Positions 1-13,849 of a stretch of DNA of 64,000 nucleotides are shown here, piece by piece. The notes beneath the pieces are model-generated. The model saw only the letters and a program-made list of their open reading frames with translations. It did not search any database and was not told where the DNA came from. Position numbers and translations under genes: made by a program. The DNA is taken from NCBI GenBank assembly GCA_951406725.2, contig OX597819.1, positions 109,740,001 through 109,804,000 on the forward strand. Reading direction: 5' to 3'. This DNA comes from Octopus vulgaris (taxonomy: Eukaryota). Each line of letters opens with the position of its first letter. Within the stretch, counting starts at the first letter, position 1.

Positions 1-396
1 CCCACATATACACAGGATCTCATATACAAATACACACATTCATACATACATACACACACATAGACACTTCAACACAAAGATAATACATATCAACACAACC
101 AAGCACACGCACACACATGCGTGCACATCTAACAACCACCATCACACACATACATACACAAACTAGAACATAAGATCCGGGTTCGAAACCGCTGGATTGA
201 CGTAACGGAATGTAAACATACTTAGGTTTTGCGGCAGCTGGAGTTGTTTGTATTGTTAACACTTGATAGGAGCTGAACCAGCTGAAGCCGTGATTTAAAA
301 AATATTTTAAGCCATAGAATTTATGCCTGTTCGCGTCTACGAAGGCACCTAAGGCAGTTAGCAAATTTTTTTTTGAAAGCTATCATCCATATTAAA

Positions 397-562
397 GGCG
401 CAAGCGTGGCTGTGTGGTGAGATGTTTGCTTCAGAGTCACATGGTTCCGGGTTCAGTCACACTACGTGACACCTTGAACAAGTGTTTTCTACTATAGCCT
501 CGTGTTGGCCAAAGACTTGTGAGTGGATTTGTTAGACAAAAACTGAAAGAAGCTTGTCTTAT
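397..562 (+). mobile_element. tRNA-derived SINE family A, 5' head only
   Basis: ggcgcaagcgtggctgtgtggt...ggttcagtc (A/B-box-like), homologous to 2039-2200. Confidence 0.85.
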
Positions 563-692
563 ACACACACATCGCACATTGACCTTAAACTCTACTGTGC
601 ATGCGCACCAAGTTGTAACGTTCTAGCTTACTGCTGCTGTTTACAGCAGTACTTGGAAGAAAAGTGTGTAGCGTGTGATCGTCACATTGACC

Positions 693-915
693 ATGGCAGA
701 GAAAGCTGAGCAGAGAATCTGCATCAAAATTTGCTAAAAGCTTGGTGATATCTGCTCAGAGGTTTACTCAAAGTTTTCAAAATGTTTCCATCGTTCTCAA
801 CACAATCAAAGAGATCTTGTGTAACTGAAATCCGAGTGTTTTTTTGATAGCTGAAAGCAGTTACGGCACAAACTTGGCAGACACGCGTCTCATACCTAAA
901 TCTTCAGTGTAAAAA
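693..915. mobile_element. Rearranged mariner transposase fragment
   Basis: + strand 693-789 reads MAEKAEQRICIKIC*KLG; - strand ~790-915 reads EDLGMRRVSAKFVP*LLS; both match the mariner N-terminal region (compare 41515-41900). Confidence 0.7.
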
Positions 916-921
916 CTTACT

Positions 922-1300
922 GTTGACAAAGTCTGCGTGGCGTTCAATTATAAATAATAAAAAATACACATTAATTACAGGGCATCATCAGCGAGAGATT
1001 ACGTAAACACGCAAGAGATAAGTACAAGATAAATACAGAAGAAAAGATATACATTAAATACAGGATATCACGAACGAGTGGAAAAATACGTAAACAAACA
1101 GAGATAAGTACGGGACCAAATACCAAAGGAAGTCTAATTCCTCCTCAGTTGTCGACTGTTTATTAATACTTGTTTAGAGCTTTCAACGACAAGACGGGAA
1201 AACTTCATAAGACAGCAGCATCCAGAAATTTTCAAAATATAAAATTTATGGAGAGTTAAGACTTCGAACGAACAAACGACACCAGAGTAGATCGTCGACT
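922..1300 (-). repeat. Unclassified repeat family with hammerhead-like CTGANGA motif
   Basis: Reverse complement aligns with 25020-25250 (ctccataaat...ttgtcgttgaa.gctc...cgacaactga.ga). Confidence 0.6.
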
Positions 1301-2038
1301 GTTTACTCTGTATGTCACTATAAGTATATGTCACTATGTATGTAAGTTAATGTGCATGTATACATGTTTGTGCTCATATAAAATTTGGATATATTTTAGA
1401 TTTTATAACTATCTGCACTCAGGTACTTTACTTTTATCGGCATAAAGTATAAAATCTGAATGTAATCCTTAAAAAATACGTAAATAATCTTAAACGCAAA
1501 CAACGGATGAAAGGTATTTGAAACTACATAACTTTTTGAAGACGTCGTTTTTTCTTAAAATAGGAATATTAATAGCGATGTAAGCCTTCCAAAATAAACT
1601 GTCGCTATATTTTGTATGCATTATTATTGACTCAGATACTGGTAAAACATATTAAGTAAACATTATTTGATACAAATACAGTCAAATTTAAATGTCAAAC
1701 AAGAAACTGTATTTATTGCCTCCTTTGCTATTTGAAACCGCCTGCAGACTTTCTGAAAATATGATTGTTAAGTGAAGTATTTTAATTACCTATTCAACTC
1801 TCTGTACAGTGCTGTAACTATAATTCATCCTCTTCTCAGGACCCCAAAACAATTGCTTGGTACGTCTGTGCAACATACCGCGAAGGTTGCTAGAATAATA
1901 CTGTGGAAGAGACTGTAGTCTCGTGTTTTCTATACGAGATGAGGAGTTTTTTTGTTATTTTCTTTATTGTTTACCATCCACTCCTCAATAACTTTTGCGT
2001 AGTTGCCAGGACGACGTGACAAAATTAAGTGCAACATA

Positions 2039-2535
<497 letters not shown>

Positions 2536-2574
2536 GAAAACAAATATCTTGAGTTTACATATGTCATGTACCAC

Positions 2575-3545
2575 AAAGCGTTGATCGTCATTGAAAATAC
2601 TGCACAGTCCATTGTTAGCAAGGATCTCGAACAGTAAAGACTACCAGCTCCAGTACGAACGGCAGTTGCAGTTCTCTGTCAAGAGATTCTTTAAGCAACC
2701 AGCTATGACATTAAAAAGAAACTGTAACAGTACATTCACTAAAATAAATTACTCTCAGTTCCAGATAGATAACGCTTATGCCAGGCTCAGGAAGACTAAT
2801 ATTATCTGGCCTGGTAGAAAAAGTTTCCTTTGATGCTTTGAGCGAAACAAGTGCGTATTTGCTCATCAACTGTACTTGATAAAAAATTCGTTCCCTTAAC
2901 AGATTGTTATGACAGTGGTCTCATCTGGGACAGTTGTAACTTTACATACATATGACACAACTGCTCATTCTCCTTTTAAGCCATCACTCAACCTTACACA
3001 CAAATGACACTCCCGTGTGTAGCACAGACAGAAGTTCTAAAGCAGGTCAAACTGAAAGTATGAGTGTACAACGTCTCACAGACTTGTATTTGAGGTTCTA
3101 AATTGCAACTGAGATTACACAAACAACATAAGTGGAGTTACACTTTACTAGTTTCAGGGAAACTCTGCCTGTCATCTGAAAGGGTACAAGATGAGCTGAA
3201 AGAATGCCTCAAGAAACTAACAATTGTAGATTAGAAGGAAAATTTAATCTTTCTACCGACACGAGAGTGGCACTTAACAGAGCCGTCTCAGTCGCCAAGT
3301 TTGCTGAAGTTTTAGTTCAGCTGGGAGTAATTGTAAGTTTACAAGAGTGTGGAGAATGGAAAATAAAATTTTAAAAAGTGAAACGATCTTCAAGATATCT
3401 TTGGTACTGAAAGTTTACCCTCACAAGATTGTAGAAATCATGAATGGTTTAGGGAATTTAGGGAATATCCGAGCTTACCATCATTCAATAGGTGTCAGCC
3501 CAATTCATTTGTATTGGGCTGGTATCTTTTCAACCTGTAGTTGCC
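2575..3545 (+). pseudogene. Degenerate Helitron RepHel, Pif1-like helicase region
   Basis: Manual translation: KALIVIEN..KDLEQ*RLPAP..EIL*ATSYDI; VVSSGTVVTL..TAHSPFKPSLNL..DTPVC; FRETLPVI*KGT..DELKECLK. These match the Helitron motifs VASSGIAATLL/TAHSxFKLPL/GDFRQTLPVIP, with stops and frameshifts. Confidence 0.8.
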
Positions 3546-3570
3546 ATGAAATGTCACCGTCAATGTAACA

Positions 3571-3790
3571 AAGGTGGCAAACTACCAGAGTCGTTAGAGT
3601 CTCAGGCAGAATGTTTTGCGGAATTTGTTCCAATTCTCTGAGCTCCGTGTTCAAACTTCGCCGAAGGCTACTTTCCTTTCATCCCTTTGGAGATCGATAT
3701 AAAGGTATCAATCCATCAGATCGAATGCCTTGCAGTATTTGTTCCGGTTCATTGCATTCTGAGTTCAAATCCTGCCATGACCTGCAAAGA
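3571..3790 (+). mobile_element. Old, degenerate SINE family B (partly duplicated)
   Basis: aaggtggc...gttcaaacttcgccga...tttcctttcatcc similar to 50408-50631. Confidence 0.55.
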
Positions 3791-4142
3791 CGACTTATAG
3801 GTCCGTTGCCCAGTTTAATACCTCCAGCTGGCATTCTCGGTGCCTTAAGCGGAGTCTACTCTGTTGCAAGCATTCGAGCCAGATTTCTGGTTTGAGAATA
3901 CTTTCCCCTCTTTCTCCCTTCCACCAGTCTTGGAGGCCCTGCAAAACTGCCTTCCTTCCAAAAAGTAAAAAAAAAGACAAAAACTAAATAATGGATTAAT
4001 CCATTATTTAGTTGTAATTTAATTTCATAGCGTTGACTGTGGTGCTATTTCTATGTGGAATTATCGTCGGCGACTTTTACCGGTGGGTCTATTTCTAGCA
4101 CATAGAGTTAACATACTCAAAGTTGGCTCTCTAATATTTACG

Positions 4143-4185
<43 letters not shown>

Positions 4186-4187
<2 letters not shown>

Positions 4188-4347
4188 GACGGGCTTCTTT
4201 CAGTTTCCGTCTGCCAAATACACTCGCAAGGCTTTGGTCAGCCCGAGGCTATAGTAGAAGACACTTGCCCAAGGTGCCACTCAGTGGGACTGAACCCGGG
4301 ACCATGTGATTGGGAAGCAGGTTTCTTACCATACGGCCACTCCTGCG

Positions 4348-4350
<3 letters not shown>
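4186..4350 (-). mobile_element. SINE A head module (minus strand)
   Basis: Reverse complement of the 2039-2200 sequence. Confidence 0.9.
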
Positions 4351-4436
<86 letters not shown>

Positions 4437-4612
4437 CTGGCAGCGTTGGTTTGTTTACGTCCTTGTAAGTCAACTGTTCGGCAAAAGAAACCGATAGAAT
4501 AAATAACAGGCTTAAAAGAGAAAAAAATACTGGGACCGATCTCTTCGACTAAAACTCTTCAAGGCAGTGCCCCAGAAAGGCCGCAGTCCAATGAGTGAAA
4601 CAAGTACAAAGA
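4437..4612 (+). mobile_element. SINE A tail module (plus strand)
   Basis: ttcggcaaaagaaaccgatagaat...ggccgcagtccaatgagtgaaacaagt matches 2365-2520. Confidence 0.8.
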
Positions 4613-4901
4613 AAATAAAAAAAAAAAAAAAAACAAAAACCAAAAAAAAAGCACCAGCTCAGAAACCTGGAAAAACACTCAACTTTTCACGTGTTTACAT
4701 TACAATAAAACAATAACTGCAAAAATAATTATACACAAAATGTATTGCATAAACAACTTTCAGCTAAGAAAAAACATGCTTCTACATATTGGTTAACAAG
4801 GCAAAGCTTGGAACCTCAACAAATCTCTTCATCTCTCTCCCCTTCTCTCTCTCTCTCTCTCTCTCATGTACATACTTGCACATAGATATACACACAACAC
4901 A

Positions 4902-4957
<56 letters not shown>

Positions 4958-5246
4958 TTCGGTGCATATGGTTTTTTTTTATTACGACGCCGTGATTTAC
5001 AATCGTGTAAATAATAATAATGGTATATTTATATAAGCTTAAAACTTATGGCGATCACCATGCATTGACTAAGTAAAATAGTCGAATAAAGGGTCATGTA
5101 AGCCCTCGACAGGGAAAAAAAGGGAAGGCTTTCCTGCGCGCACAAACGCATGTAAACACACACACACATATATATATACGTGCAAACACAAAGACATACA
5201 TATATATGTACATACATACGCATACAATTACATACACATACATATA

Positions 5247-5278
<32 letters not shown>

Positions 5279-5309
5279 CGCATATGAGTATGAACGTGCA
5301 TACAATTTC

Positions 5310-5365
<56 letters not shown>

Positions 5366-5589
5366 GCGCATCCAAACGTATATTCATGCACGCGCATACA
5401 CACATACACTTACATACTAACTCTCGAGTGCACACACGTATATAAATATATACACATGTATATCCACACACACACACACATACAATAATACGTACATACA
5501 TACATACAAACGATTATACATACATAAAAATCCTCGCACTCACATATGTTTATGTATTTATTATAGAGATGGATCTTTTTTCTACATAC

Positions 5590-5930
5590 CAGCGAACTTT
5601 GAAGCTAGCGATTTCCTGAGGTTGTTTTTTAAAAATATCTCGATTGCATAAATTGTACATAAATAACGGCCGTCTCCCGACATGTGCGCCTACAGAAGTT
5701 GTCCGACTCTCAAAAACAATAAACAAGATGTGTTTTGCTATCGAGCGTCAGGATTTCACGTTAACGTTTGGCCTCATTTCGTTTTTTCTATTTATTTTCC
5801 TTCTATTTCCTCTCTATTTCCTCATATCTTTATTTCTTTTTTCGTTTATTACTGCGACAATTCCTTAAGGAAATATGGACGAAGTCAGTTTTTTGAAGCT
5901 AAATGCGTTATGTACGCAATAAGACTGGAT
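5590..5930 (-). promoter_or_regulatory. Possible non-coding first exon / promoter region
   Basis: Unique, relatively CpG-rich sequence; CTG|GTATGT donor at 5590/5589; CCAGTC Inr-like motif near 5925; GA-rich upstream region. Confidence 0.2.
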
Positions 5931-6254
5931 CCTGCTACAGGTAGTTTGCTCGCTTGCTTACTGTTTTCAGCTATTTCCTCTGTTCTCGTCTTTCGCCTCC
6001 TTCTTTGTCTCTCTCTCTCTCTCTCTGTCTCCCACTCCGCCTGCAGCTGCTAGTGTTATGTGTGTGCGCGTGTGTGTGTGTCTGTGATCGTTTGTTGACA
6101 AACTTATTTCTTCTTCCTTTCTACCTCTTTCTAATCTCTTACCCCCCACTCTCTCTTTCACTCTCTCCCTCTTTCTCTCTAAACTTCTTAATCCCTCTCT
6201 TGAAGTCAGTTAACACACTTTCTCATTTTGCCGATCAACACACGCACACCCACT

Positions 6255-6340
<86 letters not shown>

Positions 6341-6379
6341 ATGCAGAGAGGCATAGTGACAGGCTGACAGGTGGACACT

Positions 6380-6415
<36 letters not shown>

Positions 6416-6431
6416 CATTCATACATATTTT

Positions 6432-6660
6432 TATTTCTTTATTGACCAGAAGGGGCTACACACAGAGGGGACAAACAAAGACAGACAAGAGGATTAAGTC
6501 AATTACATCGACCCCAGTGCGTAACTGGTACTTATTTAATCGACCCCGAAAGGATGAAAGGCAAAGTCGACCTCGGCGGAATTTGAACTCAGAACGTAAC
6601 GCCAGACGAAATACCGCTAGGCATTTCGCCCGGCGTGCTAACGTTTCTGCCAGATCGCCG
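6432..6660 (-). mobile_element. SINE family B
   Basis: Reverse complement of the ggcggcgagctggcagaaacgttagcacgcc...gagttcaaattccgcc family. Confidence 0.92.
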
Positions 6661-6729
6661 ATATTTATATGTATATATATATATATATTTTCCCGTTCAG
6701 AACATTTACATGCTACGTACACGAATACA

Positions 6730-6822
<93 letters not shown>

Positions 6823-7832
6823 ATATATGTATACACCAAAAGCATGCACTCTCTCCGTTGCTTCACGCTTATACACGCGCGCGTACATATACACGTACAG
6901 ACTTGCGTATACACAGAATCGCATATGTGCACATATGCAGATACAGACTAACACACACACACGGATATTTATACAGTCCTATACATAAATACATTTACCG
7001 TTTCGCGACACACAAATGTGTACACGTATACACACTGACACTCGAACACACACACATACATACACATACGCGCGTTGGTGTATGTATATGTATGAGCTTG
7101 TGAATGCCTGCGTATGTATGTGTGCATGTAAACACATACATAAAAAAATATAGGAGAGATAAAGAGAGAGAGAGAGAGAGAGAGAGGGGGGAGAAATAAG
7201 AGAGAGTGAGACAAAAAACTGTATTCAGTTGTCCCTCGGTTTACACGGTATTCAGTTTGTACGATTTATTTCCCTTTTAACACGGTTTTTGTTTCTGTCG
7301 TTTTTCTTATATATTTTTTTATTTTTACGTTTATCATATAAAACTATTTATCAGTCGTTTCTTCGTTTCTTTCTTACTTTCGTTATTTTTATTTTACTTT
7401 CCTTCATTCTGCTTTAATTTCACGTCTAAGATGCTGTGACAGATTGCACTTAAGTGTTATTTGTTTGTGTTTTTTTATACTTTACATGGTGTTGAAAAAT
7501 TATTTTTAGCGTTAAACAATAGTGTTTCATACATCAAAACAAACGGACTAAAAATCGATTTTTCTAGAAATAAAAATTAAATTATGACATCAACTTCAAA
7601 ATGGAAAGATCTCGATAGAAACTGCAACTTTGTTCAATATAAACAATGTAACCGTTAGCAGAGTTAAAAGAAAAAAAAATCAAAGCCAGTATGATTATAA
7701 GATCTTCAATAAATTTAAAGTATATACATATCTAGTAACTTCATGGAAACAGTGGGGAAAAGTTCTATTATTTTGGATAGAAGATGAACCTCAAAGGGAA
7801 GTATAATATGGAGAATTAGTTTATCATCATTT

Positions 7833-8064
7833 TGTTTTCTTTACTATCCACAAGGGGCTAAACACAGAGAGGACAAACAAAGACAGACAAACGGATTAAG
7901 TCGATTACATCGACCCCACTGCGTAACTGGTACTTAATTTATCGATCCCGAAAGGATGAAAGGCAAAGTCGACCTTGGCAGAATTTGAACTCAACGTAAC
8001 GGCAGACGAAATACGGCTACGCATTTCGCTCGGTGTGCTAACGTTTCTGCCAGCTCGCCGCCTT
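7833..8064 (-). mobile_element. SINE family B with 17-bp target-site duplication (TSD)
   Basis: TSD ttagtttatcatcattt at 7816-7832 and 8065-8081. Confidence 0.93.
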
Positions 8065-8094
8065 TTAGTTTATCATCATTTATAAGATTAGAAT

Positions 8095-8290
8095 GTGATT
8101 AGAATGCAGTTGGAAAGAATGGCAAGACAGATTCTTCAAGCTGAGCCAACCGACAGGAAATCAAAGGGTAGACCAAGAGGGGATAATATCCATAGCCTTA
8201 GATGGTCACGCGTGGGAATCATCAGGAAAGAGTAATGATGGTTGCTTCTATGGAAGAAGTGCCTGACACTCTACCTCCACAATCCTCCCG
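8095..8290 (+). pseudogene. RTE-like LINE C-terminal fragment
   Basis: RMQLERMARQILQAEPTDRKSKGRPR (RTE 'GRPR' region). Confidence 0.6.
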
Positions 8291-8837
8291 AAACTGGGAC
8301 AAACTTCAAATTATAGGTATGATAGGTATAGGTGCTTATATGAACAGATTTTATAACCTAATGTTTCTGATGTGCAATGTTGATTCTTTTCTCTCCTGTA
8401 ATAAGATTATGAACATCAATCAGCTAGAAAGTGAGGTGGGAAAGCCATAATCTTTTATTTATTATGTGACATGTTTTGAATTCTTGGAATAAGTAATTTT
8501 TAATCTCGGAAACCGGGGATGCATATAAAGTATCATTAAACTACAATATCTATTTTGTGATTTGAGAGCTCTATTATGATGTAAGTACGTCACACATCCA
8601 CTGGGTCTCCAGCAAAGACACGCAGCCAGCATTAAGCTTAGACTGAGCTGCAGCATAACTATGTTGGATAGTTTGTATCTGAGTTAGAACTGTTCAGTTT
8701 TACAGAATTTCTATTTGCACGGGATTTTTAGGAACCAATTTGCTGTGTAAATGGAGACAGCAGTATGTATGTATGTATGTATGTATGTATGTATGTATGT
8801 ATGTATGTATGTATGTATGTATGTATGTATGTATGTA

Positions 8838-9130
8838 TGAACTTGTGATTGGAAAGAGACCCCGGCAGAAACCAAGACTACGATTTAAGGACTGTGTCAA
8901 GTCCTCATTAAAGGCCTGTGATATGCAGGAGACTGACTAGGAGAGCAATGCCTGTCATCACCACAGATGGAGGAAGCAGGTTAAGGAGTGGGGTCGACAC
9001 TTTTGAGAGAGCAAGTATCCTGCATGAAGAACTTAAGCGTGCTGCTCAAAAGGGCACAGCTGGTTCGCAATGTATGCAGTCGTGTATGCTTGTCAAGAGC
9101 AGGGGTCATTAGCCACCAACGGAGTCGCAA
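8838..9130 (+). pseudogene. RTE LINE 3' end, starting at a (TGTA)n array
   Basis: [50 protein letters not shown]. Confidence 0.8.
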
Positions 9131-9134
9131 ATGC

Positions 9135-10060
9135 AAAATATAATGCTTGAGGGTAATCAGTTTGCAAGTGAGTGTCCTCTTTTTGTTGTCGCCAAACATC
9201 ATTTCTATTTCCTTCTTTACTTTCTGTTGGTGGGACGTAGAGTGATTTGCTTTGCATCATTACATGCCTGATTATCTTCCGTAAACCAATTATCTTTTTC
9301 ACTGTCTTCAAAACCCATGAAGGTACTTTCTTTGTTATTTCGGTTTTGTTTACTTCTTGAATAACATTAATGTACTGTTTTACAGTAGTAGCCAGCGCAT
9401 ATAGACAGGCGTTAATCTGCCAGTATGTGGGTTCATCACACTGTTGTAAATACTCATCACCAGTTTCGTTAACAGCTTTTAATACCGTATCTGGTGGTTT
9501 TTTCACTTACTTTGGTAGAGAATACTCTCTCGAGAGATTACTTCAAAGCCAAAGTTATTGTTTCTCGGAAAATTTCAGTAAGGGCACATTTCACCATCAT
9601 ATAATCCTGACTTACACTACTACTACAATAATTGTTGCGGTTGTGCTTGCTATTTAGCTTAGCCGTAGTAGGGGGACAGTGGTCAGTTGCTTGAGCCAGT
9701 AATGTAGCTTGACTGGCAGACACTATAGAATCTGTTGGAATATCGCTAGCTGCGAAACCATATGGTAGTCTTATATCATTCAAGTTTTCGTTTTTGTTTA
9801 TAGAGTTGGGAAGAAGGCTAATTTTCGATTTCTTAATAAAGTTACAGTTAATAACTTTCTTTCTATGTTCTATAAATGTGGCTTGCTGGCGTAGTTGCTT
9901 CGCAGTAAAATGATTTAATTCTGGCTGCAGATCGTCCCAATATGATTTCAATCGATTCATATGGCCAACAGCGGGGTTTTGTTTTGCTTTTTCGTAGCAG
10001 TTAAGCAGATCTTTATTCAATTCATAACTCCAAGAGAAATGAGTTTTCTAATTATGGTTT
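9135..10060 (-). pseudogene. R4/Dong-clade non-LTR retrotransposon, N-terminal part
   Basis: ORFs 9538-10020 (MNKDLLNCY..MNRLKSYWD..PELNHFTAKQLRQQA) and 9093-9506 (INACLYALATTV..KVPSWV..IIGLRK) resemble R4/Dong N-termini. Confidence 0.7.
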
Positions 10061-10376
10061 CTTCTATGACTACAACTAGAAGGAATTTGTTAACCTGTCG
10101 AGCTGTTGCTGTCGTTCTGTTCCTCGATTGTGTTGTTGTTGATGTTGTGTCCAGCCATGTTGTTTGGTGTGACTCTCTGCATGCTAAATTCAAGTTTCAG
10201 TCGAAAATCACTACGATTGAGAATAAAAGGCTTCCTCAGTTAATTCATCTGAAGATTAACCAGTTATTTAACAAGGCATGATATTTGTGGTACCAAAGTT
10301 GATGAATAGTCTCCCACGCCAAATATACAACTTGTATGTATGTATGCGCGCGCGCACGTGTGCGTGTGTATACACA

Positions 10377-10377
<1 letters not shown>

Positions 10378-10473
<96 letters not shown>

Positions 10474-10525
10474 GTCTATCAGTCTGTCTGTCTGTCTGTC
10501 TGTGTGTCTGTCTGTCTGTCTGTCG
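10378..10525. repeat. (TATC)n/(TGTC)n microsatellite
   Basis: Directly visible. Confidence 0.95.
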
Positions 10526-10948
10526 ATCTCTCTGTCGACTTATTCATACTTGATTCGTATGAGGATGAATCCTTTATTGCTTTTGACGTTGAGCATTTGT
10601 TTGTTCGAGCGACTGAGCTCCTTACTTATTAAATTAATGCATAAATGGCTGAGTATTCCACAGATATCGAGCTGAATCAGCATATCATAGTCTGTGAATT
10701 GATTTATTAGTACAATCCATCTGACGGACTTCCGTACAGTTTCCATCCAGGCAATTCCCTTCTCAACGCTTAAGAAGCCCAGACGTTTTAGTAAAAGACA
10801 TTTGATTACGACGAAATGGATTGAGATCGAACTCGGGATCTCATAATAGTAACGTAAACTTCTTAACCAATCGGCCACGCTTAAGTCCAGTAGTGCGCGC
10901 ACACTCACACACCAAGTGAGAGAAAAGTGGGAGAGAGAGGGAGAGAGG

Positions 10949-10979
<31 letters not shown>

Positions 10980-11160
10980 AGAAGGGAGAGGAAAGGTTAG
11001 TGCGCAGGTGGGGGGAGAGGGTGAGTGAGAGTAAGTGGGAGTGACGTTATCAGCAATTGTCAAATGTTGACATACCGGATAATGTTCGCGTGTGCATGTA
11101 AACAGGCACATGTTTATATATATGTCCTGTATATGAATGTGTGTGTGTGTGTGAGTGTGT

Positions 11161-11202
<42 letters not shown>

Positions 11203-11986
11203 TTGAATATTTGTCGTTGTTTTGTTCCACGTCAGCTCTGATTGGCACACAAGCGATTAAAAGCGTTCCAGCGATGGCCATCCCATATTTTATTCACACA
11301 TAGAGTATGGAAGATCCACTTGTTTTCTAGAGGGTTCATGATGTATGATTTAAGAGAGATTTAGCTGCTATTTTTAACAAGTCAATCGACAAAAGAAATG
11401 ATCGCCTTTAGCTTGTGCATGTCATCTGAATTGCATGTGTATCTGTGTGTGAATACGGGCGTGTGTATACGTCAGTGTGTGTGTGTGTGTGTGTATATAT
11501 ATGTGTATGTGTGCGAGAGTATTGTGTGTGCATGTGTGTGCGTGTGCGCGCGTGGATGTATTTATGAATCTGTGTAATGTATGTGATTGATACTATAGTT
11601 CACAGAGTTATGTACCGACACCAACACACACGCACACATTCGCGTAAACATACGTAGATACACACGCAAACACTACTACACGCGCACACATACAATGTAC
11701 ATATACATACATACACACATACGTATATGAAGGAAATTATCTGAGAGTAGGGTGTGAGAAAGAGAGAAGGAGTGGAAATTTGGATTGAAGAGGAGAGCAA
11801 TGAGAAAGTTACAGTCGAGATGATTTCCACTACGACGGCAATGAGCAGTACCACCACCATCGCCAATACCTGCATAAGTATCAGCCCCATCACTCTACAA
11901 CAATACCTCTACCACCACGATTGTTAGCAACATCAGCACAACTACAACCACTACAATCAGCAGCTGCAGTAACAACAGTCGCAGCA

Positions 11987-12531
<545 letters not shown>

Positions 12532-12540
12532 CGATAAAAC

Positions 12541-12846
12541 GTCGCCCTTTTCAAGCCTATCCAGGCTCATGGGCCCGGTTTCCCGGTTTCTGTGGCGTAT
12601 GTGTTCACCCCAGCTGGACGGGGCACCAGTCCATCGCAGCGTTACTCAAGAAACAGGAAGAGAGAGTGAGAGAAAGTTGTGGCGAAAGAGTACAACAGGG
12701 GTCACCACCACCCCTTACCGGAGCCTCGTGGAGCTTTTAGGTGTTTTCGCTCAATAAACACACACAACGCCCGGTCTGGGAATCGAAACCGCGATCTTCC
12801 GACCGCGGATCCGCTGCCCTAACCACTGGGCCATTACGCCTCCACA
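12541..12846 (-). mobile_element. tRNA-derived SINE family C
   Basis: Head tggaggcgtaatggcccagtggttagggc...gtttcgattccc; homologue at 39830. Confidence 0.9.
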
Positions 12847-12868
12847 CACACACACACACACACATGCA

Positions 12869-12924
<56 letters not shown>

Positions 12925-13849
12925 AGTGTGTAGCGGTAGCTAGATAGTTGAATGATCTCTCTCGCAAGAAAGATTATAACCTCCCTTTCTAAGTTTCTCG
13001 AAGCATCTGTGTCATGAGACGTGATTATTAATTATCCAAGAAGCTTAGCGTTTCTCTTGGAAGTTTCTAGAATGACTAGCGTCCCATTAATAAAAACAGC
13101 TTGCTAACCATGCTCTTTACTTCTTAGTCGATTAGACTTTGAGCCATTCATGTCATTGCTATGTCCGTCTATTTCTCTACGCCACATCACTGAAAGCTAC
13201 CATTTAGTTGTTATTTCTATATTTCCTATCTCTGAACTTTCTTGCATAGATTACTTCATTCAACTAGATTCTACAGTTTGGTTATGTACCATCGTCGACC
13301 AGTAAATAAAATATATTTTTATGTAGTAAATATATAGTTCTTGAATTTATTCTTCATCTCTATAAGAACTCTTGTAATAATATACACGCAGCAACATCAA
13401 CACCTGGTGCTGAATATATATTCCCACTACAAGTGTATGCTGTGTTATACTAAAAGATTTACGACCAAGAAAAGCCTTTGACCGAGTAAGCCGGAACCTC
13501 GGGCCACAGCGTGTTACGAGAATGGCAGGACAGACATGTAAAAAAGCATTTAATAACATTTATTTAACTTTGCATATGGGAGAATGTGTGTGTACACAGA
13601 AAAGCTAGTGTGGATATGGAGGTATTCGCATGTGGGTATTAACGCAAGTAATGTTTTACTTTATTGTATGTTTTATTTGTCTTTTTTGTTTTATTTTTAT
13701 TAATTAATCCCCGTCTTTGTCTTTAAAGTCGCAAAGAAATCTGTCCCTCACCATTCCTGCCTAACGGCTTGAACATACTGTCACCAACAACATGCTGAGA
13801 TTAAAACCGAGCGAAACAGAGTTTATTTAACGAGACACCCCTTATAACA

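Noticed and set aside
165-200. gaac..gttc-GAAA-ccg hammerhead-like remnant and ORF 20-364
   Set aside because: No CUGANGA core; the ORF has no recognisable motif and ends in low-complexity sequence
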